From: Treponemataceae bacterium
GTDB lineage: Bacteria; Spirochaetota; Spirochaetia; Treponematales; Treponemataceae
Assembly (NCBI GenBank): GCA_045627325.1
Contig: JAZQNK010000068.1
Span: 5,562 to 69,561, forward strand
Length of the DNA stretch: 64,000 nucleotides
Reading direction: 5' to 3'
The notes beneath the pieces were generated by a model. It was not told the DNA's origin. It made no database searches and was given only the letters and a program-made list of their open reading frames with translations. Of the stretch, positions 30,095 through 38,542 are shown piece after piece. The first letter of the stretch is position 1. The number at the start of each line of letters is the position of its first letter. Made by a program: the position numbers and the translations under genes.

Positions 30095-31402
30095 TCAGTT
30101 TTTAACGGCAGCGTTATAGACTGTCCAAAAATCATGATTATTTTTGCGGCAGATTTCTGCAACAGATTCATATTCTGGATAATTCCGCGTTGAGCCGTCC
30201 GGCAGTTCAACCTGCTTTACTGCAACTTTGCCAAAAGCCGTCTGCACTTCTGCTTCTTTTCTTGCAAGTTTTGTGCGCTCAACTTTTGTCCTTCTAATGC
30301 CAATTGTTGTTGTCTGCATAAAAATTATTTTTTCAATCTGTGCAGCTTTTTCTTCTTCGCACAAAACAGACAAAAGCCAGCCCGGACGGTTTTTCTTCAT
30401 AAAACATGGCAGATAATGAACATCAAGTGCACCGTTTAAAAGCAGCTGTTCCATTACAAAACCGAGCGCTTCACCTGAACTGTCATCAATATTTGTTTCA
30501 AGCTTATAGATTTCTTCTTTTTGTGGAGTTTCTTCTATTAAAAATGCCCGCAAAAAATTCGGGCGGTTATATGCACGCTTGCCTGCGCCCATGCCGATTT
30601 TTTTAATTACGAAACTTTCGGGCAGTTTAGACGAAGTCATTACAGCAGCAACAAACGCAGCTCCTGTCGGCGTAATAAACTCGCCGTTTTCAGAAATGAT
30701 TTTTAGCGGCAGGCTGAAATCTCTGGCTATGTTGCTTACAGCCGGAACAGGAATCGGCAAAATGCCATGCTGACAGCGGATTGTACCTGAACCTTCACAC
30801 ATTTCAGGAACTATCACTTTTTTTATGCCAAGATTATCAAAGCACACGGCAATTGAAATTATGTCAACTATTGAATCAACTGCACCAACTTCATGAAAAT
30901 GCACTTCATTTACCGGCTTGTTATGCGCTTTGCTTTCTGCTTCTGCAAGAATTTCAAAAATCTGCACGGCAAGTTTTCTGGCATTTTCAGACATCTGTGT
31001 CTGTACAATTATTTCCTCTATTTCTTTTAAGCCCCTGTGCTCGTGGTGATGATGCTCGTCATGCTCATGTGAATGAGTATGCGCATGACCGTGTTCGTGA
31101 TGATGTTCTTCGTGGTCATGGTCGTGACTGTGTTCATGGTCATTATAACGATTTTCGTTATGCTCATGGTTAAAAAGATAATTCATGTCATGATCGTGGT
31201 TGTCATTTTCGAGGATAACATCAAAATCGCAGATATCAATTCCGCTTTTTTGCACGCGTTTGATTTCTGTTTTAAAACCTTTGAGCGGAATTGTTTTTAA
31301 AACATTTTCCAGAACATTTTTGTCTGCGCCCAAATCAAGCAAAGCTGCAACTGTCATATCGCCGCTGATTCCAGATTTGCACTCTAAATAAAGTGTACTC
31401 AT
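30095..31402 (-). CDS. larC: Nickel-pincer cofactor biosynthesis protein LarC (nickel insertase)
   Basis: MSTLYLECKSGISGDMTVAALLDLGAD is the LarC N-terminus. His-rich tract HDHDMNY...HEHSHDHDHEEHHHEHGHAHTHSHEHDEHHHHEH. Start at 31402 with GGAGAAAA upstream. The ORF track extends to 31453. Confidence 0.85.
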   Translation of the reverse strand: MSTLYLECKSGISGDMTVAALLDLGADKNVLENVLKTIPLKGFKTEIKRVQKSGIDICDFDVILENDNHDHDMNYLFNHEHNENRYNDHEHSHDHDHEEHHHEHGHAHTHSHEHDEHHHHEHRGLKEIEEIIVQTQMSENARKLAVQIFEILAEAESKAHNKPVNEVHFHEVGAVDSIVDIISIAVCFDNLGIKKVIVPEMCEGSGTIRCQHGILPIPVPAVSNIARDFSLPLKIISENGEFITPTGAAFVAAVMTSSKLPESFVIKKIGMGAGKRAYNRPNFLRAFLIEETPQKEEIYKLETNIDDSSGEALGFVMEQLLLNGALDVHYLPCFMKKNRPGWLLSVLCEEEKAAQIEKIIFMQTTTIGIRRTKVERTKLARKEAEVQTAFGKVAVKQVELPDGSTRNYPEYESVAEICRKNNHDFWTVYNAAVKN

Positions 31403-31467
31403 TTTTTCTCCCATAAAATACATGCCTTTCATGTTTCGCTGCACAAAGCTCAATTCATATCAGATAT

Positions 31468-32151
31468 TCACTTTGAAAAATTTTTTTCTGCCAGACGGTT
31501 TATCTGTGTCGCTATATAACCTGCCCCATAGCCGTTGTCAATATTTACAACACTTATTCCATTTGCGCAGGAATTTATCATTGTGAGCAATGCAGAAAGA
31601 CCGCCGAAACTTGCACCATAACCAACGCTTGTCGGAACAGCAATTACAGGCACTTTTACAAGTCCGCCAAGCACGCTTGCAAGCGCACCTTCCATGCCGG
31701 CAATGGCAACAACAACGTTTGCCTTGTTTATTTCGTCCATCTGAGATAAAAGCCTGTGAATGCCGGATACACCGCAGTCATAAAAACGATGCGCTTTTGA
31801 ACCAAAATATTCGATTGTCTTTACGCACTCTTCTGCAACAGAAATGTCTGCTGTACCTGCCGTACAGACAGCAATATTACCGATAAGTTCAGGCCTTTTT
31901 GCAGGAAGAATCTGCAGTGTTTTTGAAACTTCATCATATTCAGCCTGCGGAAATTCTTTTTTTATCAATTCGGCTTGGTGTGCACTCGCACGAGTGCCAA
32001 AAACATGATTCTGCAGCTCAAAAAGCTTTTTATAAACTTTTAAAAGATATTCATCTTCTTTTTTCTGACAGAATACAACTTCCGGGAAACCAGTTCTTGT
32101 TTCTCTGCTTGTATCAATTTTTGCAATATTTAATTCTTCAAAAGTTTCCAT
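31468..32151 (-). CDS. larB: Nickel-pincer cofactor biosynthesis protein LarB (AIR-carboxylase fold)
   Basis: RTGFPEVVFCQKK..., GTADISVAEEC, VAIAGMEGALASVLGGL. This is the typical LarB/PurE-like pattern. Confidence 0.85.
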   Translation of the reverse strand: METFEELNIAKIDTSRETRTGFPEVVFCQKKEDEYLLKVYKKLFELQNHVFGTRASAHQAELIKKEFPQAEYDEVSKTLQILPAKRPELIGNIAVCTAGTADISVAEECVKTIEYFGSKAHRFYDCGVSGIHRLLSQMDEINKANVVVAIAGMEGALASVLGGLVKVPVIAVPTSVGYGASFGGLSALLTMINSCANGISVVNIDNGYGAGYIATQINRLAEKNFSK

Positions 32152-32221
32152 TAATTTCTCCTAAAAGTTTAAAGCAGCGCTCATGTTTTTCTTCTGCGCA
32201 AAATCAGTTTTAAATGCTGTA

Positions 32222-33043
32222 CTATTTTGAAATCTTTGCAAGCGTTTCATTCATGCTGCCTGTTCTATAACCTTTTAAATCCATCGTAACATAACTAAAA
32301 CCATATTCTGCAATTTTTTCATTTATTGCTTCGCGGTGCTGCAAAAGCAGATTGAATTCTTCTGGCAGAACTTCGATTCGTGCAATATTTTTATGAATCC
32401 GCACCCTCATCTGCGAAAAACCAAATTCTAAAAGCAGTTGTTCTGCTTTTTCTACCATCAGAAGTTTTTCTTTTGTAATTCTTTCTTTATATTCAAAACG
32501 CGAAGCAAGGCACGCAAAAGACGGTTTGTTCCATGTTACAAGATTTAATTCTTTTGATAACTGCCGGATTTCGCTTTTATAAAAACCGGCTTCTTTTAAC
32601 GGGCTTTTTATTCCAAGTTCTGCCACGGCAGCCATTCCCGGACGATAATCTTTTGTATCATCCATGTTGCTGCCTTCGCAAACTTCGGATATTCCGTTTG
32701 CTTTTGCAATTTCAATAATTTTTTGAAACAACGCACGCTTGCAGATATAGCACCTGTTTTCGGGGTTTTCTGCAAAGCCTGGAATTTGCAGCTCATCTAC
32801 ATTACAGAAAATCTGCCTTATATTATTTGCAGAACAAAATTCTTTTGATTCTTCAAGTTCGCGCTTTGGAAATAAATCTGAACAAACTGTAACTGCTATT
32901 AAATTTTTGCCAAGAACATCATGTGCAATTTTTAAAAGAAATGTTGAATCAACACCGCTTGAAAACGCAACAGCAGCACGCTGCATTGATTTAAGCGAAG
33001 TTTTTAGTGTTTCAAGTTTTTGATTTAAATTATTGTCTGCCAT
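32222..33043 (-). CDS. larE: ATP-dependent sacrificial sulfur transferase LarE
   Basis: PP-loop VAFSSGVDSTFLL. A conserved Cys in KPSFACLASRFEY. Start MADNN at 33043. The ORF track begins at a TTG at 33064. Confidence 0.85.
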   Translation of the reverse strand: MADNNLNQKLETLKTSLKSMQRAAVAFSSGVDSTFLLKIAHDVLGKNLIAVTVCSDLFPKRELEESKEFCSANNIRQIFCNVDELQIPGFAENPENRCYICKRALFQKIIEIAKANGISEVCEGSNMDDTKDYRPGMAAVAELGIKSPLKEAGFYKSEIRQLSKELNLVTWNKPSFACLASRFEYKERITKEKLLMVEKAEQLLLEFGFSQMRVRIHKNIARIEVLPEEFNLLLQHREAINEKIAEYGFSYVTMDLKGYRTGSMNETLAKISK

Positions 33044-33087
33044 AAAAAAACAGAACAACCTCAAACTGTAAATTGTCGAGGTTGTCC
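33044..33087 (-). terminator. Terminator-like hairpin whose U-tract abuts the larE start codon
   Basis: Minus-strand RNA reads GGACAACCUC (33087-33078) / GAGGUUGUUC (33062-33053), 10 bp including one G-U, followed by UGUUUUUUU and then the AUG of larE. Confidence 0.55.
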
Positions 33088-33125
33088 TTTTCCGTCAAAA
33101 TATTTATATGTCCTTATGTGTGTTT

Positions 33126-33452
33126 CTATTTTTCTGCTTTTTTGCTGAACAATATGTTCTGAATGACACCGCAAGGGTCTTTTATAAGGAACCAAACAAG
33201 CCAGATGACAAGAGCAAGAGCTACGACAGAAAAACCCAAAAATGCATCATTCATCATTTTTTCTGCAGACGGCACAAAATAACCTGCGCCAAGTTCAGCA
33301 TATTCAAAAAATGCATCGACAAGCCACATAAGAAAAGCACCCCAAAGACTAAGGCACAATACACTAAGCTGAAAATTTTTGCCTTCAGCTGCCTTTTTGT
33401 ACCATATAACGGTAGCAGAAATTGCAGCAAATATTGTAATGAGTAATGTCAT
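33126..33452 (-). CDS. Small polytopic membrane protein (hypothetical), upstream of larE
   Basis: 108 aa with about 3 predicted TM helices. Central segment LWGAFLMWLVDAFFEYAELG. Lies 16 nt after the preceding ORF. Confidence 0.5.
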   Translation of the reverse strand: MTLLITIFAAISATVIWYKKAAEGKNFQLSVLCLSLWGAFLMWLVDAFFEYAELGAGYFVPSAEKMMNDAFLGFSVVALALVIWLVWFLIKDPCGVIQNILFSKKAEK

Positions 33453-33468
33453 TTTTTCCTCCAGAAAT

Positions 33469-33861
33469 TTACAGGACAGGATTTAAGCTTGTTTTTTTCT
33501 GTTTTTTCTCAAAACGGACAGAAACTGCAACAAGCACACCCCAGACAGCTGTAACAAGCAGTGCCATGCATACGCCGGTCGTTGCAATTTCATGCAGCAT
33601 TTGAACTAAATCAGCAGGATTTAATGCTGCTGTTAAAAATGGAAAATATGGAACAACTTCTCCGTGCCATACATGTTCAAATGCAAGCAAAGCTGAACCA
33701 CCCCAGAGCATATTGCTAAGCCAGCCTAATTTTTTTGAAAACGGAAGCTTTTCGCCTGAAACTGTTTTGGAAAGGTTTACAGAAGACTCTTTCTTTTCAA
33801 CGATTTTTTTTGCAACTGTTACAACAATTGCTTCAGCCAAAGGTGCTGTAAAACATGCCAT
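33469..33861 (-). CDS. Small membrane protein (hypothetical), first gene of the lar transcription unit
   Basis: 130 aa. GGAG SD upstream. Central segment LWGGSALLAFEHVWHGE plus MLHE (His/Glu-rich membrane-proximal motifs). Confidence 0.5.
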   Translation of the reverse strand: MACFTAPLAEAIVVTVAKKIVEKKESSVNLSKTVSGEKLPFSKKLGWLSNMLWGGSALLAFEHVWHGEVVPYFPFLTAALNPADLVQMLHEIATTGVCMALLVTAVWGVLVAVSVRFEKKQKKTSLNPVL

Positions 33862-33949
33862 TTGATTTTCTCCTATATCATGTTTTTAAGGCTCTTAAGA
33901 TTTTCAACAATAAGCAGCCTTAAAACACCAAAATTCTAAATTCTTCTAA

Positions 33950-33978
33950 ATTATGTAGCAGTTTTTCCCCATTGTCAA
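33950..33978 (-). promoter_or_regulatory. Sigma70-type promoter of the membrane-protein/lar unit
   Basis: On the minus strand: TTGACA (33978-33973), an exact 17-nt spacer, then CATAAT (33955-33950). Confidence 0.55.
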
Positions 33979-34085
33979 CTTTCACAAAAGAAAACATTAA
34001 GCAAACAAAACAAGAAGAATCCTTTTTTGGGTTCAGTCTTAACAGATGACTTTTCGCAATGTATACAATTTGCTATACTCACAAT

Positions 34086-35165
34086 ATGATTAAGCGACTA
34101 GAACAAATGGCACAACGCTTTGCCGAAGTAAGCGAACAAATACAAGATCCGGAACTCGTAAAAGATCCAAAAAAATACAAAGAAATAATGCGCGAACATT
34201 CGCACCTTTCAAGTGTAATGGAAGCTTATGAAGAATACAAAACTGTCCTGCAGGGCATAGAAGATTCAAAGCTTCTTATAACCGAAGAAGAAGACCATGA
34301 CATGAAAGAAATGGCCCGCGAAGAATTAAAAGAACTTGAAGAACAGAAACCGAAAATTGAAGAAAAGATTAAGTTTCTTTTGATTCCGCCTGATCCGCTT
34401 GAAGAAAAAAACATCATCATGGAAATCCGCGGCGGCACCGGCGGAGACGAATCTTCGCTTTTTGTTGCAGACTTGTTCCGCATGTACACAAGATATGCAG
34501 ACATGAAAGGCTGGAAATATGAAATTATGGACGCAAACGAAACAGAAGTCGGCGGCTATAAGGAAATTTCATTTTCAATAAGCGGTAAATATGTTTATGG
34601 CTCGTTGCGCTACGAAAGCGGTGTTCATCGTGTTCAGCGTGTTCCAGAAACAGAAGCACAAGGCCGCGTTCATACTTCAGCTGTTACTGTTGCCGTTCTG
34701 CCAGAAGCAGAAGAAACAGAAATTGACATTAAGCCGGAAGATGTTCGCGTTGACGTAATGCGTGCAGGCGGTCCTGGAGGTCAATGCGTTAACACCACAG
34801 ACTCGGCTGTACGTCTTACACATATTCCAACAGGCATTGTCGTAATTCAGCAGGACGAAAAAAGCCAGATTAAAAACAAAGCAAAAGCATGGCGCGTTCT
34901 TAGAGCCCGTCTTTTTGACCTTGAAGAATCAAAGAAAAATGCAGAACGTGCAGCAGCACGCAAAAACATGGTCGGTTCAGGCGACAGAAGCGAAAGAATC
35001 CGTACATATAACTTTCCGCAAAACCGTCTGACAGACCACCGCATCAATCTTACACTTTATAAGCTTGAACAGGTTATGCAGGGTCAGCTTGATGAGTTAA
35101 TCGACGCACTTTGCATTTACAATAAAGAAGCATTGCTCAAAGCTGACGGAACTTCACTTTCTTAA
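34086..35165 (+). CDS. prfA: Peptide chain release factor 1
   Basis: [12 protein letters not shown]... N-terminus. RF1-type PET tripeptide in [17 protein letters not shown] motif in [10 protein letters not shown]. There is no SD before this ATG. A TATACT box ends 6 nt upstream, so the mRNA could be leaderless. The ORF track starts at 34059. Confidence 0.93.
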   Translation: MIKRLEQMAQRFAEVSEQIQDPELVKDPKKYKEIMREHSHLSSVMEAYEEYKTVLQGIEDSKLLITEEEDHDMKEMAREELKELEEQKPKIEEKIKFLLIPPDPLEEKNIIMEIRGGTGGDESSLFVADLFRMYTRYADMKGWKYEIMDANETEVGGYKEISFSISGKYVYGSLRYESGVHRVQRVPETEAQGRVHTSAVTVAVLPEAEETEIDIKPEDVRVDVMRAGGPGGQCVNTTDSAVRLTHIPTGIVVIQQDEKSQIKNKAKAWRVLRARLFDLEESKKNAERAAARKNMVGSGDRSERIRTYNFPQNRLTDHRINLTLYKLEQVMQGQLDELIDALCIYNKEALLKADGTSLS

Positions 35166-35172
35166 AAAATTT

Positions 35173-36603
35173 ATGGAAAAGTGGGATCTTTTTGACCGCG
35201 TCCGCCAGAGCCAAAACCGCACGGCAGAACGCGGTTCAATTATTGCAAAAAATGACTTTCATTTAATCATTCATGCATGGGTCAGACGCAAAAGCGATAA
35301 AAAACTGCTTGTTTCAAAACGTGTACAGAATATTTTCTGGGGCGGCTACTGGCAGCCAACAGGTGGTTCTGCAATTGCAGGCGAAACAAGCAAAGCAGCC
35401 GCAATAAGAGAAGTAAAAGAAGAACTCGGCGTTGACGTTTCTTTATCTGACTCATATTTTCTTTTTTCTTACAGATTTACACCAGAAGCAAATGACAACC
35501 CTTCGTTTTTTCTTGACGCATGGCTTTTTGAAATTGACGACACGCAAAACACTTCTGTACAAATTACACTTCAAAAAGAAGAAGTTGCAGAAGCCAAATG
35601 GCTTGAACTTGACGAAATAATTAATCTGTGGAAAGACGGAAAATTCATGCCGTTTGAGCAGACATGGCCGCCCTATTTTGAAATTCTTTCCAAAGCATTA
35701 AACAAACCTGAAACTATTCAAACTCTGCGCGCATGGGGAACTGCCGAATTAAAACTTTCTGCGACACAGACACCAGATTTAGATTCTTCGATTTTGCTTT
35801 CTTCCATATTAAAATGCACAAAAGATTCTCTTTTTGTTCATGCCGCAGACAAAGCCACAAAAGAACAGATATTTGCATTTTCAAACCTGCTTTTTCGACG
35901 TGCAGACGGCATGCCTGTTGCATATCTTGTCGGACACAAAGATTTCTGGCAGAGCACGTTTGAAGTTTCACCATTTGTTCTTATTCCCAAACCAGACACG
36001 GAACTTTTAGTTGAACTTGCTTCAAAAAATATAATTGATTTCATCAAACAAAACGACACAAAAACACAAGCAAAAATTGAAATTGCAGACATCTGTACAG
36101 GTTCTGGCTGCATAGGCATCAGCGTTTATCTTGAAATTCTTAACAATTGCAAAAATAAAGACGTTCACTTTGTTTTTACAGATATTTCAAAAGATGCACT
36201 GGCTGTTGCACAGAAAAACGCACAGAATATTTTAGCTGAAAATGCACAAAACATCAGTTTTGTGCAAGGTGACCTGCTTGAACCAGTAAAACCAAATACT
36301 TTCGATTTTATTCTTACAAATCCGCCATATGTTCCAAGTAAAATTACAGACGAACTTTTAAAAGACGGAAGAAGAGAGCCGCGCCTTGCTTTAGACGGCG
36401 GCATCGACGGCCTTGATTTAATCAGGCGAATGATTCCACAGGTATGGCAAGCACTCAATAAAAACGGTATACTCCTCATTGAAACAGGTGAATATAACGC
36501 CGCAGAAACCAGAACACTTTTAGAAAAAGCCGGTTTTACAGACGTCAAAACTTTCACTGATTTAGGAGGACAGCCACGAGTAACACAAGCACGCAAACCT
36601 TAG
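35173..36603 (+). CDS. prmC: Fusion protein: N-terminal Nudix hydrolase domain plus release-factor glutamine methyltransferase PrmC
   Basis: Perfect Nudix box GGSAIAGETSKAAAIREVKEELGV (Gx5Ex7REVxEExGV) in aa ~60-85. PrmC part GMPVAYLVGHKDFWQSTFEVSPFVLIPKPDTELLVE, DICTGSGCIG, TNPPY. Confidence 0.85.
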   Translation: MEKWDLFDRVRQSQNRTAERGSIIAKNDFHLIIHAWVRRKSDKKLLVSKRVQNIFWGGYWQPTGGSAIAGETSKAAAIREVKEELGVDVSLSDSYFLFSYRFTPEANDNPSFFLDAWLFEIDDTQNTSVQITLQKEEVAEAKWLELDEIINLWKDGKFMPFEQTWPPYFEILSKALNKPETIQTLRAWGTAELKLSATQTPDLDSSILLSSILKCTKDSLFVHAADKATKEQIFAFSNLLFRRADGMPVAYLVGHKDFWQSTFEVSPFVLIPKPDTELLVELASKNIIDFIKQNDTKTQAKIEIADICTGSGCIGISVYLEILNNCKNKDVHFVFTDISKDALAVAQKNAQNILAENAQNISFVQGDLLEPVKPNTFDFILTNPPYVPSKITDELLKDGRREPRLALDGGIDGLDLIRRMIPQVWQALNKNGILLIETGEYNAAETRTLLEKAGFTDVKTFTDLGGQPRVTQARKP

Positions 36604-36624
36604 ACAGTCTTGAAAACACTTCGT

Positions 36625-36655
36625 CTGCTGCAGTAAAAAAAGCAGCAGCTTTTTT
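36625..36655 (+). terminator. Terminator-like hairpin between prmC and the RSH gene
   Basis: CTGCTGC (36625-36631) / GCAGCAG (36642-36648), followed by CTTTTTT. It ends 8 nt before the TTG start of the next ORF. Confidence 0.5.
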
Positions 36656-36662
36656 AACAGGT

Positions 36663-38369
36663 TTGTCCTCTTCAAAACATCAGTCAATTGAACTTTCTCA
36701 TCAGATAAGAGTCGCGGAAATTTTAATGCAGCTCAACATGGACAGTGCAACATGCATTGCAGGTCTTTTCCACAACATTCAGTTTGACGAAAATGAACGC
36801 AAAACAATTGAATCTGAATTCGGCAAAACAGTCCTCAATCTTTTAGACGAATCTGCAACAGTTTCAAGATTAACAATGAAATGCAAAACACAGCAGCAGG
36901 CAGATTCAATCCGCAAAATGATTTTTGCGCTTGTCAACGACATCCGCACAATTATGGTCAAACTTGCAGACAAACTTGACCGCATGCGCAACCTTAAAGG
37001 CGTTGACGTAGAAAAACAGCGCAAAACCGCATACGAAGCAATTGGAATTTGGGCACCAATTGCAAGCCGTCTTGGCATTTCTTCTGTAAAAGACGAACTC
37101 GAAGATTTAAGCTTGAAATTTTCTAATCCAGACGGTTTTGCACAGATAAAAAAGATTGTTTCGCTAAAAAAAGCTGAACGCGCTGAATACATAAACCAGG
37201 CTGTTTCAAAAATTGAAGAAGAAGCAAAAAAAGCCGGCATTGAAGTTGTTGTAAAAGGTCGGGCAAAACATTTTTATTCGATTTATCAAAAAATGCGCAA
37301 GAGAAACAAAAGCGCAGATGAGCTTTATGACCTGCTTGCAATCCGCATTCTCTGCAAAAGCACCGTTCAATGCTACACGCTTATCGGCTTAGTGCACAAC
37401 CTCTGGAAACCAGTAGACGGACGTTTTAAAGATTATATTGCAAACCCAAAAAACAACGGCTACCAGTCGCTTCATACAACTGTTGAATGCAACGGCAAAC
37501 CTCTTGAGATTCAAATTAGAACATTTGACATGCATGACACTGCCGAAAACGGCGTTGCAAGTCACTGGCTTTATAAAAAAGGCACGAACAAAGATTCTGT
37601 TTCTGCATCAAATCTTGATGTTGTAAACAAAATGAAGACACTTACAAAATCAATTGCACAAAACCAAAAAGAAGACGTGCAGAAAGAATTTTTTGCAGAC
37701 ATAAAAACTGAACTTCTGGGCAGTTCAGTTTTTACTTTTACACCACAGGGCGATGTCATTGAACTACCTGCAGGTTCATGTGCAATAGACTTTGCATATG
37801 CAATTCATTCTGCCATCGGTGAAAAAATCATCGGTGCAAAAGCAGACGGACAGATAATTGCACTTGCAACTCCGCTTGAAAACACGCAGACAATTGAAGT
37901 TTTGACAAGCCCGTCAGCTCATCCGACTGTAAACCAGCTGAACGTTGTAAAAACAACAAAAGCAAAGGCAAAAATCCGTGCATTTTTAAATGAGCACGAC
38001 CCGACATTTGCCGGTACATTAAAACCAGAAGAAACTGTTTCGCTGGTGCAGCAGCAATATTTTGCACACCACAACCACAGGCAAAGAACAGAAGAATTTG
38101 ACCAGAACGAAGAACAGCAGAATTTTGAACAGAAAACAATAACAGCCAAAATCCGCATCGGCGACACATCAAATTTTCTGTTCAGTCTTGCAGGCTGCTG
38201 CACGCCAAAATATGGCGACGATGTCGTCGGCTATGTTTCAAGAGGAAGAGGAATTATCGTTCATAAAGAAAACTGCCGCAATGTATGGCGCATTCCAAAT
38301 ATCGAAGAACGCCTCATTCAGATTGAATGGGACATTCCAAAAAATTCAAAACAACCGCACAAAAAATGA
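36663..38369 (+). CDS. RelA/SpoT homologue, (p)ppGpp synthetase with a degenerate hydrolase domain, TGS and zinc-finger domains, and no ACT/RRM
   Basis: Synthetase motifs DLLAIRI, RFKDYIANPKNNGYQSLHTT, EIQIRTFDMHDTAENGVASHWLYK. TGS VFTFTPQGDVIELPAGSCAIDFAYAIH. ZFD LAGCCTPKYGDDVVGYVSRGRGIIVH. Start uncertain: TTG at 36663 or ATG at 36726. Confidence 0.85.
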   Translation: MSSSKHQSIELSHQIRVAEILMQLNMDSATCIAGLFHNIQFDENERKTIESEFGKTVLNLLDESATVSRLTMKCKTQQQADSIRKMIFALVNDIRTIMVKLADKLDRMRNLKGVDVEKQRKTAYEAIGIWAPIASRLGISSVKDELEDLSLKFSNPDGFAQIKKIVSLKKAERAEYINQAVSKIEEEAKKAGIEVVVKGRAKHFYSIYQKMRKRNKSADELYDLLAIRILCKSTVQCYTLIGLVHNLWKPVDGRFKDYIANPKNNGYQSLHTTVECNGKPLEIQIRTFDMHDTAENGVASHWLYKKGTNKDSVSASNLDVVNKMKTLTKSIAQNQKEDVQKEFFADIKTELLGSSVFTFTPQGDVIELPAGSCAIDFAYAIHSAIGEKIIGAKADGQIIALATPLENTQTIEVLTSPSAHPTVNQLNVVKTTKAKAKIRAFLNEHDPTFAGTLKPEETVSLVQQQYFAHHNHRQRTEEFDQNEEQQNFEQKTITAKIRIGDTSNFLFSLAGCCTPKYGDDVVGYVSRGRGIIVHKENCRNVWRIPNIEERLIQIEWDIPKNSKQPHKK

Positions 38370-38542
38370 ATTAGCAAAAGCTCAACAAACTTATGCATGT
38401 GCAATAAATAAACAGCCGTAAGTTTTTGCTGAACAAAGACAAATCATGTCATTTAAAGTACAGTCCAGTCTTAAACTTTGCGCCGGCAGCGGAAAAACAA
38501 AGCTAAAAACAGCTTTCTCAAAAAATAAAAAATTGCTATATT

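Noticed and set aside
31040-31200. Microsatellite-like CAT/GTG/ATG-rich repetitive DNA.
   Set aside because: It encodes the His-rich metal-binding tract of LarC on the minus strand. That is a normal feature of the family, not a non-coding repeat.
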